Below, in pieces: positions 9,192-18,338 of a stretch of 64,000 nt of DNA. Source of the DNA: Spirochaetales bacterium (GTDB lineage: Bacteria; Spirochaetota; Spirochaetia; SZUA-6; JAFGRV01); contig JAFGQK010000175.1 in assembly GCA_016935735.1 (NCBI GenBank), positions 2,699-66,698 of the forward strand, written 5' to 3'. The notes beneath the pieces were generated by a model. That model was not told the origin of the DNA, searched no databases, and saw only the letters and a program-made list of their open reading frames with translations. A program made the translations under genes and the position numbers. How positions within the stretch are numbered: the first letter of the stretch is position 1; every line of letters starts with the position of its first letter.

Positions 9192-9728
9192 ATGGAAAAA
9201 ATAGATACAAAAATGCAATATATATTGATTCTTTCAGGTATTTTCATATTTCTATTCATACTATCTTTACTTTTTTTTCTTATATTGAAAGGGGACCGTA
9301 CACGGATTGTGCTGTTTTTCCCGGATACAATTTCTGGAAAACTTGTTGGGGAGGAACGGTATATAAAAAGTGAAAAAAATAAAGAAGATAAAGTATATGA
9401 ACTCATTTCAGAAATCCTGCTAGGTCCATCCCTGCCCGGTTCATCACCTCTTTTCCCGGCAAACACCGAGATTATATCAGTGTTTATCAAGAAAACCCAT
9501 ATTTTCATAAACTTTTCCAGGAAAATAATTTTCCAGGACATAAAGACGCCCCTGGATTTTCATAAAGGAATCCAGGCATGCATCAATTCGTTGAAATTCA
9601 ACTTTCCATGGATCAAGAATATCTCTTTTTTTGTGAATGGCGAGTCGATAACCCTGGAACCCGGGTCTGATTTGAAACAAAATGAGAATGTTCCCCAGAT
9701 TAAGTTTATAACTGACATCCTCAAATAG
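9192..9728 (+). CDS. Small membrane-anchored protein (possible GerMN-like domain) downstream of the amidase
   Basis: It has an N-terminal TM helix. It lies in the position of the amiC-gerM gene pair seen in many bacteria. The sequence itself gives only a weak assignment. Confidence 0.3.
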   Translation: MEKIDTKMQYILILSGIFIFLFILSLLFFLILKGDRTRIVLFFPDTISGKLVGEERYIKSEKNKEDKVYELISEILLGPSLPGSSPLFPANTEIISVFIKKTHIFINFSRKIIFQDIKTPLDFHKGIQACINSLKFNFPWIKNISFFVNGESITLEPGSDLKQNENVPQIKFITDILK

Positions 9729-9842
9729 CTTATTTATTATTTTACCGGTATATTAAAAAAAAAATAAAATCGTTGACAAATAAATTTACATTCATATAAT
9801 GATAACCAGAAAAAGTAACTTTTACTTTGAAAGGAGAGGTGA

Positions 9843-10871
9843 ATGAAAAGAATTATTCTTTTAATCACAATTATGGGGCTATTGATTTGCGGTACAGCTT
9901 TTTCCCAGGAAGCTGATGCCGCAGAAACCCTTATCGACTTTAATAATCTGTTAAAGAATAAAACTCTCGAGGATGGAAGAGGAGAAAATGCAGAAACATT
10001 AGTCTATTTTGGCGGTGAAGCCGGGGTTACCGCCACTGAAGAGATGAGGCAGAGAATGGTTTCTTCTCTTGCAATAGAAAACTGGAGAGTGACACTCTCA
10101 TCTTCTTCAAAAACTGTTGCAAGACAGTCCCTTTGCAAGACAAAGGAAGTGAAAACAAAGGATGATATTGGAGTTATGGGTGTACGTGTAAGATTTCCCG
10201 AATCAAATTTTAATGCATATGCACTCGTAGAACCCCCGTTTGAAATTCAGGCATACCAGAGAAAGTATCAAATGCAGGGGGACGATATCGTCATTAATGA
10301 AGATGGACAGGCTGTAGAAGATGAAACAGATACTGAAGGAACAAAATTCGATAACAAGGGTGTTTTGAAAAATGTCGGGATCATTAAACAGATTATTGTC
10401 GAGGTGTATGGTGCAAATTATCCCCATGGTCTCGGAGTAATGCTTATGGATCAAAATTACGAAACCAGGATCTATCACCTGGGTTATCTTAATTTTGAGG
10501 GGTGGAAAAAGCTTCAATGGGACAACCCCAATTATATTGAAGATGTACGGCATAGAGAAATAACAAAGTATCCGCTTTATCCGCGTGCTGTACCGTATAT
10601 CAAACTGGTGGGATTTGTGATTTACCGGGATGCCAGTGCATGGGGAGGTGATTTTATTACCTATTTTAAGAATGTGCAACTTGTATATGATGATGCTGTA
10701 GAAGAAGCTGACGATCCAGAAATCAAACATGAAGATACATGGGGTATTATCCGGGACAGAAATGAAGCTCGAAGAAAGGTTGAATACCAGAGACTTGGCG
10801 AAAGGTTGTTACTGGAAATACTCGAAAGACAGAAAACAGTCGAATACAAAGAAGCAACTGTAAAAGATTAA
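9843..10871 (+). CDS. flaA: Putative flagellar filament outer-layer (sheath) protein FlaA-like, secreted
   Basis: It has a signal peptide and is 342 aa, acidic, with an N-terminal '...ETLIDFNNLL...' motif reminiscent of the spirochaete FlaA family. It is followed by a strong terminator. Confidence 0.45.
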   Translation: MKRIILLITIMGLLICGTAFSQEADAAETLIDFNNLLKNKTLEDGRGENAETLVYFGGEAGVTATEEMRQRMVSSLAIENWRVTLSSSSKTVARQSLCKTKEVKTKDDIGVMGVRVRFPESNFNAYALVEPPFEIQAYQRKYQMQGDDIVINEDGQAVEDETDTEGTKFDNKGVLKNVGIIKQIIVEVYGANYPHGLGVMLMDQNYETRIYHLGYLNFEGWKKLQWDNPNYIEDVRHREITKYPLYPRAVPYIKLVGFVIYRDASAWGGDFITYFKNVQLVYDDAVEEADDPEIKHEDTWGIIRDRNEARRKVEYQRLGERLLLEILERQKTVEYKEATVKD

Positions 10872-10888
10872 TAATTAATATTACCAGG

Positions 10889-10920
10889 TAAAAAAGCACC
10901 CTCTTCAGGGTGCTTTTTTT
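10889..10920 (+). terminator. Rho-independent terminator after the flaA-like gene
   Basis: AAAAAGCACCCTCTTCAGGGTGCTTTTTTT: a 7-bp stem GCACCCT / AGGGTGC followed by a T7 run. Confidence 0.65.
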
Positions 10921-10954
10921 ATCGGGATAGTCGTATAGTTATTTAAAATGGAAT

Positions 10955-11026
10955 AGCGGCGAAGGGATTTGAACCCCTGACCCAGCGGATATGAGCCGCT
11001 TGCTCTGCCACCTGAGCTACACCGCC
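10955..11026 (-). tRNA. tRNA-Met (anticodon CAT; could also be the lysidine-modified tRNA-Ile2)
   Basis: The reverse complement is GGCGGTGTAGCTCAGGTGGCAGAGCAAGCGGCTCATATCCGCTGGGTCAGGGGTTCAAATCCCTTCGCCGCTA. The cloverleaf shows a D-arm GCTCAG..GAGC, an anticodon loop CTCATAT and a T-arm GGGGTTCAAATCCCT. Confidence 0.8.
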
Positions 11027-11127
11027 AAGACAATAAACCGAAGGCATATTGTTTTTTTAATATACAACCTGCTTGAAAAAATGTCAATATATTGATTTAT
11101 CTGTATTAAAAAAGTACAATAAAATCC

Positions 11128-13251
11128 ATGCGGATATATCTTCGATATGTAAAGGAATTATTCGTTTTTGAAACAAAAAAAACCCTATTAATTCTCTTTT
11201 GTATAATAATAACGCTTTTTTCTTTTTTATTTTTTACAAGGTTTTTATTTTTTCCGTATACAGGACTTATCTCGGATAAACCCGAAGTAATGATCCGGGA
11301 TAATAAAATATATTTTTCCCCACGATCCTTATTTTCACCTGCACTTCGTTCTGGGTTGAAACCAGGTGAAGATGCTATGGTAACCATTAATAATATTCCT
11401 GTTGCTGGATTAAAATCTTTTATCAAGATACTCTACAAATTCCACTCTTTGTCACCGGTACGAATAGAAGTACAGAGGAATAATACCGGGAATTTTATAT
11501 TTCATATAAATCCGGAATTAATGCTCTTAAAAATAGACTGGATTTTTACTTTTCTTCTTGCATGTACCCTGGTTTTTACCGGTGTTTTTTTACTTTTTTA
11601 TTTGCATGACCAGAAATATTATCCATTTGTCATAGCTCTTTTCCTTTATCTCTTATCGATCTGTGTAAGACCGTTTTCTTATGAAAATATCTATTCCCTG
11701 CTTCTGATGAATACAGGAAATTTTTCTGTCTGGATGCTTCTGTTTTTTGCTTTTTATTACCCATATCCCCGGTTCCATAAGAAAGTTCGTGTTATTATTA
11801 TTTGTACAACAATTTTTTTCTATTCTATTTTATGCAGTATTGCATGCTTTTTCTATTGCACAGGGGGAAACGGATCGGATATATGGTTTGTATACATTAC
11901 CAGGATAGAAAAAATAAGAAGTATTTTCGATACTGGTGCGGTTGTGCTTTTTTTTATTTTACTCATTCATTCCTATGTAAAAAGCAGATCATTAAAAATC
12001 AAAAGACAAATAGCATGGATAATTGCTGGATTCATCCTTGCTTTTTCTCCATATTTCTTTTTTGAACATCTTCCCTTTATTATAGGGAATATACTGGGAG
12101 AACATATTTCCCTGGGGAATTTCGCTCATATTTTTATTTGTATATTCCCTGTTTTTTTTCTTATTGGAGCATCTGATGTTGCCAGGGAAAAATATACCTC
12201 TTTTATACCACAGTCTATTTATTTCTTTATAATTATTCCATTGTTTTTATTTTTATTCCTCTTAATCGCAAAACCTTTTTATTCATACCTTATGAGTCAT
12301 TATGGATTTTCTCATTCTCTTGCATATTTATTTTTTGCATTTCTCTATCTTCTTTTTATGCTGCCGGTTATCCTGGCTGGAATATTTTTCATGAAAAAGA
12401 TATTTTCAAAACAGACGCATGAGAATTCCTTACAATACATAGCATCATTAAAAAACGAAAATTCTGAATTAAAGGAAAAATATTACTCACAGTTACAATA
12501 TAATCGAGTAAAACTCCAGACAGATAAAATAAAAGAATTATCGGAAATAGTAAAAGGTATTTACAAAAGAATGAGAAAAGGTTCAAATATTATTGCAAAA
12601 TCTCTCCTTTTAATAAAGAAAAAAACCGGGGTCATTATGTCACAAGTAGAGGAATCGCATTCTTTTGAAGAAAGCAAATTACAGGAAAATAAAAATGATC
12701 TTTATAATGTGCTGGGAATAATTATAGAAGAAAATATGAAAATAAGAGAATTAATAGAACAAATAAATACACGATTCGATCTAAAACCTTCTTTTCCGTC
12801 ATGGACCGGGGTTGATTACATAATGCAGCAAACAAAAAGAGAGATACAACGGGTATTTCCTGAAGCTTCCGTTATAATAAAATCAAAAGCTATAAGGTAT
12901 TTTTACTGTCATCCTTCAGATATTACACAAGCTTTATTTTATATCATTACCTTTTTACTGGAAACAATTCAAAATAAGGCTTGCGATGATATTATTATAA
13001 AAACCGGTAATGATGAAAACAAATTATGGATAAAAGTTGAATTTAAAAACAGTGGAATAGATTATGGAAATCTTAAAAATATCTTTCATTTTTATACAAA
13101 GCAGGGACAAAAGGGATTGGGACTCTATATAAGCAGGCTGCTTGTAGAAAAAAACTCCGGGAGTATTGCCGCTTATTATTCAGATGATGGAATAAATTTT
13201 ATTCTTTTATTTTCATTAAAAAATCCGGTATTAGAATGTTCAGATAAATAA
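11128..13251 (+). CDS. Multi-pass membrane sensor (7TM-DISM-like) with a C-terminal HATPase-like domain (possibly a degenerate histidine kinase)
   Basis: It has about 7 or more TM helices after an N-terminal extracytoplasmic segment. The C-terminus 'LGLYISRLLVEKNSGSIAAY' is a G2-box-like ATPase motif. I found no clear H-box. Confidence 0.55.
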   Translation: MRIYLRYVKELFVFETKKTLLILFCIIITLFSFLFFTRFLFFPYTGLISDKPEVMIRDNKIYFSPRSLFSPALRSGLKPGEDAMVTINNIPVAGLKSFIKILYKFHSLSPVRIEVQRNNTGNFIFHINPELMLLKIDWIFTFLLACTLVFTGVFLLFYLHDQKYYPFVIALFLYLLSICVRPFSYENIYSLLLMNTGNFSVWMLLFFAFYYPYPRFHKKVRVIIICTTIFFYSILCSIACFFYCTGGNGSDIWFVYITRIEKIRSIFDTGAVVLFFILLIHSYVKSRSLKIKRQIAWIIAGFILAFSPYFFFEHLPFIIGNILGEHISLGNFAHIFICIFPVFFLIGASDVAREKYTSFIPQSIYFFIIIPLFLFLFLLIAKPFYSYLMSHYGFSHSLAYLFFAFLYLLFMLPVILAGIFFMKKIFSKQTHENSLQYIASLKNENSELKEKYYSQLQYNRVKLQTDKIKELSEIVKGIYKRMRKGSNIIAKSLLLIKKKTGVIMSQVEESHSFEESKLQENKNDLYNVLGIIIEENMKIRELIEQINTRFDLKPSFPSWTGVDYIMQQTKREIQRVFPEASVIIKSKAIRYFYCHPSDITQALFYIITFLLETIQNKACDDIIIKTGNDENKLWIKVEFKNSGIDYGNLKNIFHFYTKQGQKGLGLYISRLLVEKNSGSIAAYYSDDGINFILLFSLKNPVLECSDK

Positions 13252-13346
13252 ATGTTATTGCAAATCTGTCTATTATCATTATAATATTTATTGATGAAAT
13301 ATTCTGTAATGGGACCGGGAATACTGCTGTTAAAAATGAGGAATAA

Positions 13347-14966
13347 ATGAAGAATGTAGAAGAAAAATTACTGGCTTCAATATTATCGCACTCGTATGTA
13401 GGATTCATTCTATTCAATTCAAATAAGAAAGTCATATTTGTCAATGATATAATTGAAAAATTCTGTGGGTATACAAAAGATGAACTCATCGATACTCATT
13501 TCTTTGAAGTAGTGGTAAAAGATGAAAAATACCTTAAGCTGGTACAATCAAAATTGGACGGGTGTTATAATAACCGTCCTTTCGAAGATTTTGATCTGAC
13601 AATTCACCATAAAAACGGGAAAAAAATTATTTTTCACCTGGAAGGATCTGTTATGGAAGAGGAAAATAATAAATTCGCCCTGCTGGTCATTCAGGATATC
13701 ACAAGAAAAAAAGAGTTTGAAAAGGTTATTGAATCAACTTATGACAATATCATGCAATCCACGATCGATCTGGATGCTGCTTTGAAAAAGATCAAGGAAC
13801 AAAGACGGGTATTGGAAGAATACAAATCAAAAATGGAACAGGAATTAAACATCGCAATGACTGTACAGAAAACGATTATGCCAAAGGAGTTTCTTTCCAA
13901 TGAGAATGTCAGTGTCTGGGGTATTTCCATCCCGAATAAAGAACTTGGCGGAGATTATTTTGACTTTTTTCATCCTGATTTTTCAAAACTCGGGATACTT
14001 ATTGCAGATGTTTCAGGTCATGGTGTACCTTCTGCATTAATTACGACAATGATCAAAGTTTATTTTGAACGATATGCAAAAGAATTTGTCGAACCGGAAA
14101 GAGTGTTCTCACTTATCAATAATGAAGTAACAAAAACACTCCAGGAAACAGGATTTTATTTTACGGCATTTTACAGTATCCTTGATCTTGATACAATGAT
14201 TATTACAAGCACTTCTGCGGGTCATGATTTTGCCATATGTTATGATTCTAAAAAAGATCAAATCTATGAGCTTGGAAAAACAGATAAAGGAACGATTATC
14301 GGAACTTTCGAGGAAGCTGAATATGATTCATCAATGTTTCAACTTGAAGCAGGATATAAAGTTATTTATTTTACCGATGGTATAACAGAAGCAAGAAATA
14401 AACAGGGAGATTTTTTCGGTATAGAACGTGTTATTAAAATGTTTAAAGAAAAAAAGGACCTTTCCCCAAAGGATTTTATTGAATATCTAATAAAAGAACT
14501 GGATGAATTTTCAGAAGGATCCACATCAAAAGATGATCGTACTGTTATTGTCCTGGAAATCCGTAAAGTTCCGAGATCATCGGAAATGTCAAAAGAAAAT
14601 ATAAAAAAGATTGTAGATACTGCATTTAAAAATGGACGTAAATATGTAAAAGAAAAGCAATATAGTGCAGCAATCAATGAATTCTTAAAAATAACAAAAT
14701 TCGATAAGAATTCATCAGGGGCATATTCATATCTGGGACAGGTATTCGGTATATTCGGCGATTTTAAAAAAGCAGAAAATTGTCTTACAAAAGCAATTGA
14801 ATTAAATAATTCGTATGTCCAGGGATATTATTTTCTCGGTATTATTTTTTATAAACAGGAAAAATACAAAGAAGCAAAAGAATGCTGGCTGAAATTAAAA
14901 GAAATTGCCGGTGATTTCAAGAATGTTGATGATTATATTAAAAAAATAGATAAAATGGGGTTTTAA
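13347..14966 (+). CDS. PAS-domain, PP2C-type Ser/Thr phosphatase (SpoIIE/RsbU family) with a C-terminal TPR
   Basis: The PP2C motifs are 'GGDYFDFF...ILIADVSGHGVPSAL...FYFTDGITEA'. An N-terminal PAS domain and C-terminal TPR repeats are present. Confidence 0.7.
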   Translation: MKNVEEKLLASILSHSYVGFILFNSNKKVIFVNDIIEKFCGYTKDELIDTHFFEVVVKDEKYLKLVQSKLDGCYNNRPFEDFDLTIHHKNGKKIIFHLEGSVMEEENNKFALLVIQDITRKKEFEKVIESTYDNIMQSTIDLDAALKKIKEQRRVLEEYKSKMEQELNIAMTVQKTIMPKEFLSNENVSVWGISIPNKELGGDYFDFFHPDFSKLGILIADVSGHGVPSALITTMIKVYFERYAKEFVEPERVFSLINNEVTKTLQETGFYFTAFYSILDLDTMIITSTSAGHDFAICYDSKKDQIYELGKTDKGTIIGTFEEAEYDSSMFQLEAGYKVIYFTDGITEARNKQGDFFGIERVIKMFKEKKDLSPKDFIEYLIKELDEFSEGSTSKDDRTVIVLEIRKVPRSSEMSKENIKKIVDTAFKNGRKYVKEKQYSAAINEFLKITKFDKNSSGAYSYLGQVFGIFGDFKKAENCLTKAIELNNSYVQGYYFLGIIFYKQEKYKEAKECWLKLKEIAGDFKNVDDYIKKIDKMGF

Positions 14967-14979
14967 TAATAGTAATTAC

Positions 14980-15027
14980 TTGATAATGTATAAAAAAATA
15001 TACATTATCATACAAATATTTTTTTTA
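14980..15027 (+). terminator. Rho-independent terminator (perfect 12-bp palindrome TGATAATGTATA / TATACATTATCA followed by a T-run)
   Basis: Read directly from the sequence, after the phosphatase gene. Confidence 0.5.
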
Positions 15028-15186
15028 TTCTTATAAAATCTCTCTTATTTATGTTCTTTTTTCTGACAGGTTTATCTGGACAGATTACTATATTGTTATT
15101 ACATTAATAGAGAGATAGTATATCTTGAAAAAGTGAACGGATAAAAAAAGTTTCACTTATCTTTACCAAACATAAGGGAGGCAAGA

Positions 15187-15531
15187 ATGGGAGAACTTGT
15201 ACCAAGAAAAGATATGGTAAAACAGGCTATGATGGGAATAGGGGGTATAGGGGGCGGTATCGCGATTTTTTTACTCGGGGGATTGCCATGGCCGGCTGGT
15301 ATGATAGTTGGCGGAATAATTGCAGTAATTGGATTTGCAATTTCAACTTCCAAAAAAGATAGAACTGCCGGGCTTATGACTCTTGGGGCAGGTGCCCTCC
15401 TGGCAATTTCTAAAATACCTGGTATTGGTCCACTCGCCGGGTTTGTTCTTGGTGTTGCGGGAGTAGGACTTTTATTAGTAGGCGGATTATCCATTTACAA
15501 ATTTATCAAGAATCTGAATGCAAGGAGATAA
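15187..15531 (+). CDS. Small glycine-zipper membrane protein
   Basis: It has about three TM segments rich in GxxxG/IGGG repeats. A good RBS, AAGGGAGG, precedes the ATG. The minus-strand ORF 15153-15494 is its mirror artefact. Confidence 0.5.
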   Translation: MGELVPRKDMVKQAMMGIGGIGGGIAIFLLGGLPWPAGMIVGGIIAVIGFAISTSKKDRTAGLMTLGAGALLAISKIPGIGPLAGFVLGVAGVGLLLVGGLSIYKFIKNLNARR

Positions 15532-15585
15532 ATCCTTCTTAACATTAGTTGAGGAACGATTGTATTTTTTAAGGTACTGTTCAAT

Positions 15586-16926
15586 ATGAGTCTCAAAAAA
15601 ATATGGATCGAGACTTATGGCTGCCAGATGAATAAAGCAGAATCCAGGGCTTTACAAATTCTGCTGGACAGGAAAGGCTGGATTCTTGCAGAAAATGAAA
15701 CAAATGCTGATATCGTACTTCTCAATACATGCTCTGTAAGAAACAAAGCAGAAGAAAGAATTTGGGGGCGTATAGGTCACTTCCGGCACTTAAAGAAAAC
15801 AGGGAATTTCAAACTCATTATTACCGGATGTATGGCAGAACGGCTTAAGCAAAGGTTTATAAAAGAAACCCCGGATATTGATATTGTTGTGGGGAATTTT
15901 CAAAAACAAAATCTTGTTGAGATTTGTGAAAAAGCGATTAATGAAAGATTGAACGGAAAAAAGCATCCTCAAATTTATGCAGATAATGGGGAATATTCAT
16001 TTTATTCCCTGCACGAAAAAACGGATTTTAAGGCATTTGTTCCGATTATGCATGGATGCAATAATTATTGTTCTTACTGTATTGTCCCGTATGTACGAGG
16101 CCGTGAAATATCCCGCCCACCGGAAGAAATACTTTCTGAAATTTCTTTTCTGGAAGAACGAAATGTGAAGGAAATAACCCTTCTCGGGCAGAATGTAAAT
16201 TCCTATATCTTTACAAATAACTGTTTCCCGGTTGATTTTAGCGGGATTCTTGAAGAGATTATTACCAGTATTAAAAAAATCAAATGGATCCGGTTTCTCA
16301 CCTCCCATCCTAAAGATTTCCCGGAAAAACTCATAGCAATCATCTCGGGAAGTCCTTACCTCTGCCATCATATCCATCTCCCTGTTCAGCATGGCTCGGA
16401 TTCCATCCTGAAAAAAATGAACAGGGGATATACCATTTCACACTATTTACACCTTATAGAGAATATAAAAAAAAGAATCAGTGACATTGCGATAACAACC
16501 GATATTTTAATAGGATTTCCCGGGGAAACAGAATCTGATTTTTATGCGACGTATAATTTTATGAAAGAAATAGAGTTTGATGATGCTTTTATGTACAGAT
16601 ATTCAGTAAGGGAAGGGACAAAAGCATCCTTATTTCCAGATGATATACCGGAAAGGGTAAAACTGGACAGACTGGGACAGATTATAGAACTCCAGCAGGG
16701 AATTTCAAAAAAGAAAAAGCTTAAGAAGATTGGAAAGACTTTAAATGTGCTTGTAGAAAAAGTATCAAAAAAGAAAAAAGGAGAACTCCTGGGAAGAACA
16801 GAATATGATGATATGGTTATATTTCCCGGCAGTTCAGATAAAATCGGATCCTTTTGCCGGGTCACCTTAACATCCCTGCAGGGAAATACATTAAAGGGAG
16901 AGGAAATACTATGCCCTGGAGATTGA
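15586..16926 (+). CDS. miaB: tRNA methylthiotransferase (MiaB family radical SAM)
   Basis: N-terminal MTTase domain 'IWIETYGCQMN'. Radical SAM motif 'CNNYCSYCIVP'. C-terminal TRAM domain. Confidence 0.8.
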   Translation: MSLKKIWIETYGCQMNKAESRALQILLDRKGWILAENETNADIVLLNTCSVRNKAEERIWGRIGHFRHLKKTGNFKLIITGCMAERLKQRFIKETPDIDIVVGNFQKQNLVEICEKAINERLNGKKHPQIYADNGEYSFYSLHEKTDFKAFVPIMHGCNNYCSYCIVPYVRGREISRPPEEILSEISFLEERNVKEITLLGQNVNSYIFTNNCFPVDFSGILEEIITSIKKIKWIRFLTSHPKDFPEKLIAIISGSPYLCHHIHLPVQHGSDSILKKMNRGYTISHYLHLIENIKKRISDIAITTDILIGFPGETESDFYATYNFMKEIEFDDAFMYRYSVREGTKASLFPDDIPERVKLDRLGQIIELQQGISKKKKLKKIGKTLNVLVEKVSKKKKGELLGRTEYDDMVIFPGSSDKIGSFCRVTLTSLQGNTLKGEEILCPGD

Positions 16927-17255
16927 TTGGGATTCTTCTGATACTTGTGTTATTTTTAATTTTTTCCGGCTTCAATGTTCATAAAGTAACGATTTATTTG
17001 GGTCCTTTTGCCCTTGCCGATATTCCGCTTTTTGTTGTTATCGTATTTTCCTATATTCTCGGGGCATTTACTGCACTCCCTTTTGCAATCATTACCTCTT
17101 ACAAGAAAAAGAAAAAATTAAAAAAAGAGAATAAAACAAAGAGTAAAGAATCCAGGCAGATAACAGAGAATCCCGGAAGCCAGACACCGGTACCGGAAAA
17201 GAACAATGATACTCCGGAAGAAAAAAAGCAAAAAAGTAAAAAAAAGAAAAAATGA
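16911..17255 (+). CDS. LapA-like (DUF1049) small membrane protein with a Lys-rich tail
   Basis: I placed the start at 'MPWRLIGILLILVL', which has an RBS. It has two TM helices and a poly-K/E tail. It overlaps the miaB end. Confidence 0.4.
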   Translation: MPWRLIGILLILVLFLIFSGFNVHKVTIYLGPFALADIPLFVVIVFSYILGAFTALPFAIITSYKKKKKLKKENKTKSKESRQITENPGSQTPVPEKNNDTPEEKKQKSKKKKK

Positions 17256-18337
17256 GAATAATTCTTTTTATTAGTATTTATCTGGTAATTATTCTATTTC
17301 CCTGTTTTTATTGCTTTTCACAGAATCAGACGCTGGAAGAAGCAAAAAAAACCGAAAAAGAAAATAAAATTATTGATGCATTAAATATCTATAAGACATG
17401 GCTAAAAGAAAATAGCGGCCATGAAGAATTTATAAATACATTACAGCATGTTATACACCTGGAGAGTAATGGCAAAGATCTATTACACTTTCTTTATGAA
17501 ATAGATTCAATAAGCAAAACGCAAAATGAAAAAATATTTATTGCGGAAACTATTGCACAGCTTGAAGAATTCTATGGGAATTTTTCCAGGGCAAATGAAT
17601 ATTATCTTTATGCGTATAATAACGGGACCGGTGATAAACGTTATTTATCCCTGCTTTCTGCTACCCAGTTATTATATAAACAGGGAATACTTGATAAATC
17701 AAAAGAATACCTGGAAATTATTCTTGAGTTTATAAAGGATGCTGAAATTCTTGTAAGAGCAGGAATTCTTCTATCCTCCGTTCATATTGCCATGGGAGAT
17801 TGGGATAAAGCCAGGGATAATTATATTCTTTTAATTAAACATTATAAATCAACAACGATGTATCCTGCTTTATTACTCGGGTATCTGGAGTGTCTTCATA
17901 TTTATGGGTATGAAGAGGAGATTAATAAAATCCTGGAAGTATTTAAAGAATATTATCCTTCTTCGCCTGAATATTCTCTTGCACTTTTATGTGCAGGGAT
18001 AAACGAGGAGGGGAGTGTCTCGTACTATCCCAGTCCTTCTTCATTTATGAATAATTCCAGCAATAATGAGGATTTTGATGAACCGGTGAAGATGGATGAC
18101 AAATCGGTTATTGTTTATATTCAAACAGGTTCATTTGTAACGCTGGAAAATGCAGAAGACATGGTGAAAGAGCTTAAGAAAAATAATATAAAAGCAATAA
18201 TCAGGGAAAAAAAGGTGAATAATACAAATTACTATTGTGTCTTAATAGAATCAGAATCATCCAAACCGGAAATAATAAATGAATATATACTGAAATTAAA
18301 AGAAGCCGGTTTTGAGGGATTTCTTGTTACAGAGTAA
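17252..18337 (+). CDS. TPR-repeat protein with a C-terminal SPOR (peptidoglycan-binding) domain
   Basis: It has a signal or TM segment and TPR-like helical repeats. The C-terminal 'VIVYIQTGSFVTLENAEDMVKELKKNNIKAII...YYCVLIESESS...EAGFEGFLV' matches the SPOR fold pattern. Confidence 0.5.
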   Translation: MRIILFISIYLVIILFPCFYCFSQNQTLEEAKKTEKENKIIDALNIYKTWLKENSGHEEFINTLQHVIHLESNGKDLLHFLYEIDSISKTQNEKIFIAETIAQLEEFYGNFSRANEYYLYAYNNGTGDKRYLSLLSATQLLYKQGILDKSKEYLEIILEFIKDAEILVRAGILLSSVHIAMGDWDKARDNYILLIKHYKSTTMYPALLLGYLECLHIYGYEEEINKILEVFKEYYPSSPEYSLALLCAGINEEGSVSYYPSPSSFMNNSSNNEDFDEPVKMDDKSVIVYIQTGSFVTLENAEDMVKELKKNNIKAIIREKKVNNTNYYCVLIESESSKPEIINEYILKLKEAGFEGFLVTE

Positions 18338-18338
18338 A

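Noticed and set aside
15153-15494. 113-aa minus-strand ORF mirroring the glycine-zipper membrane protein gene
   Set aside because: It is the antisense reading of a Gly-rich (GGN-rich) gene and gives a Pro-rich artefact. The + strand gene has the RBS and a sensible TM topology.
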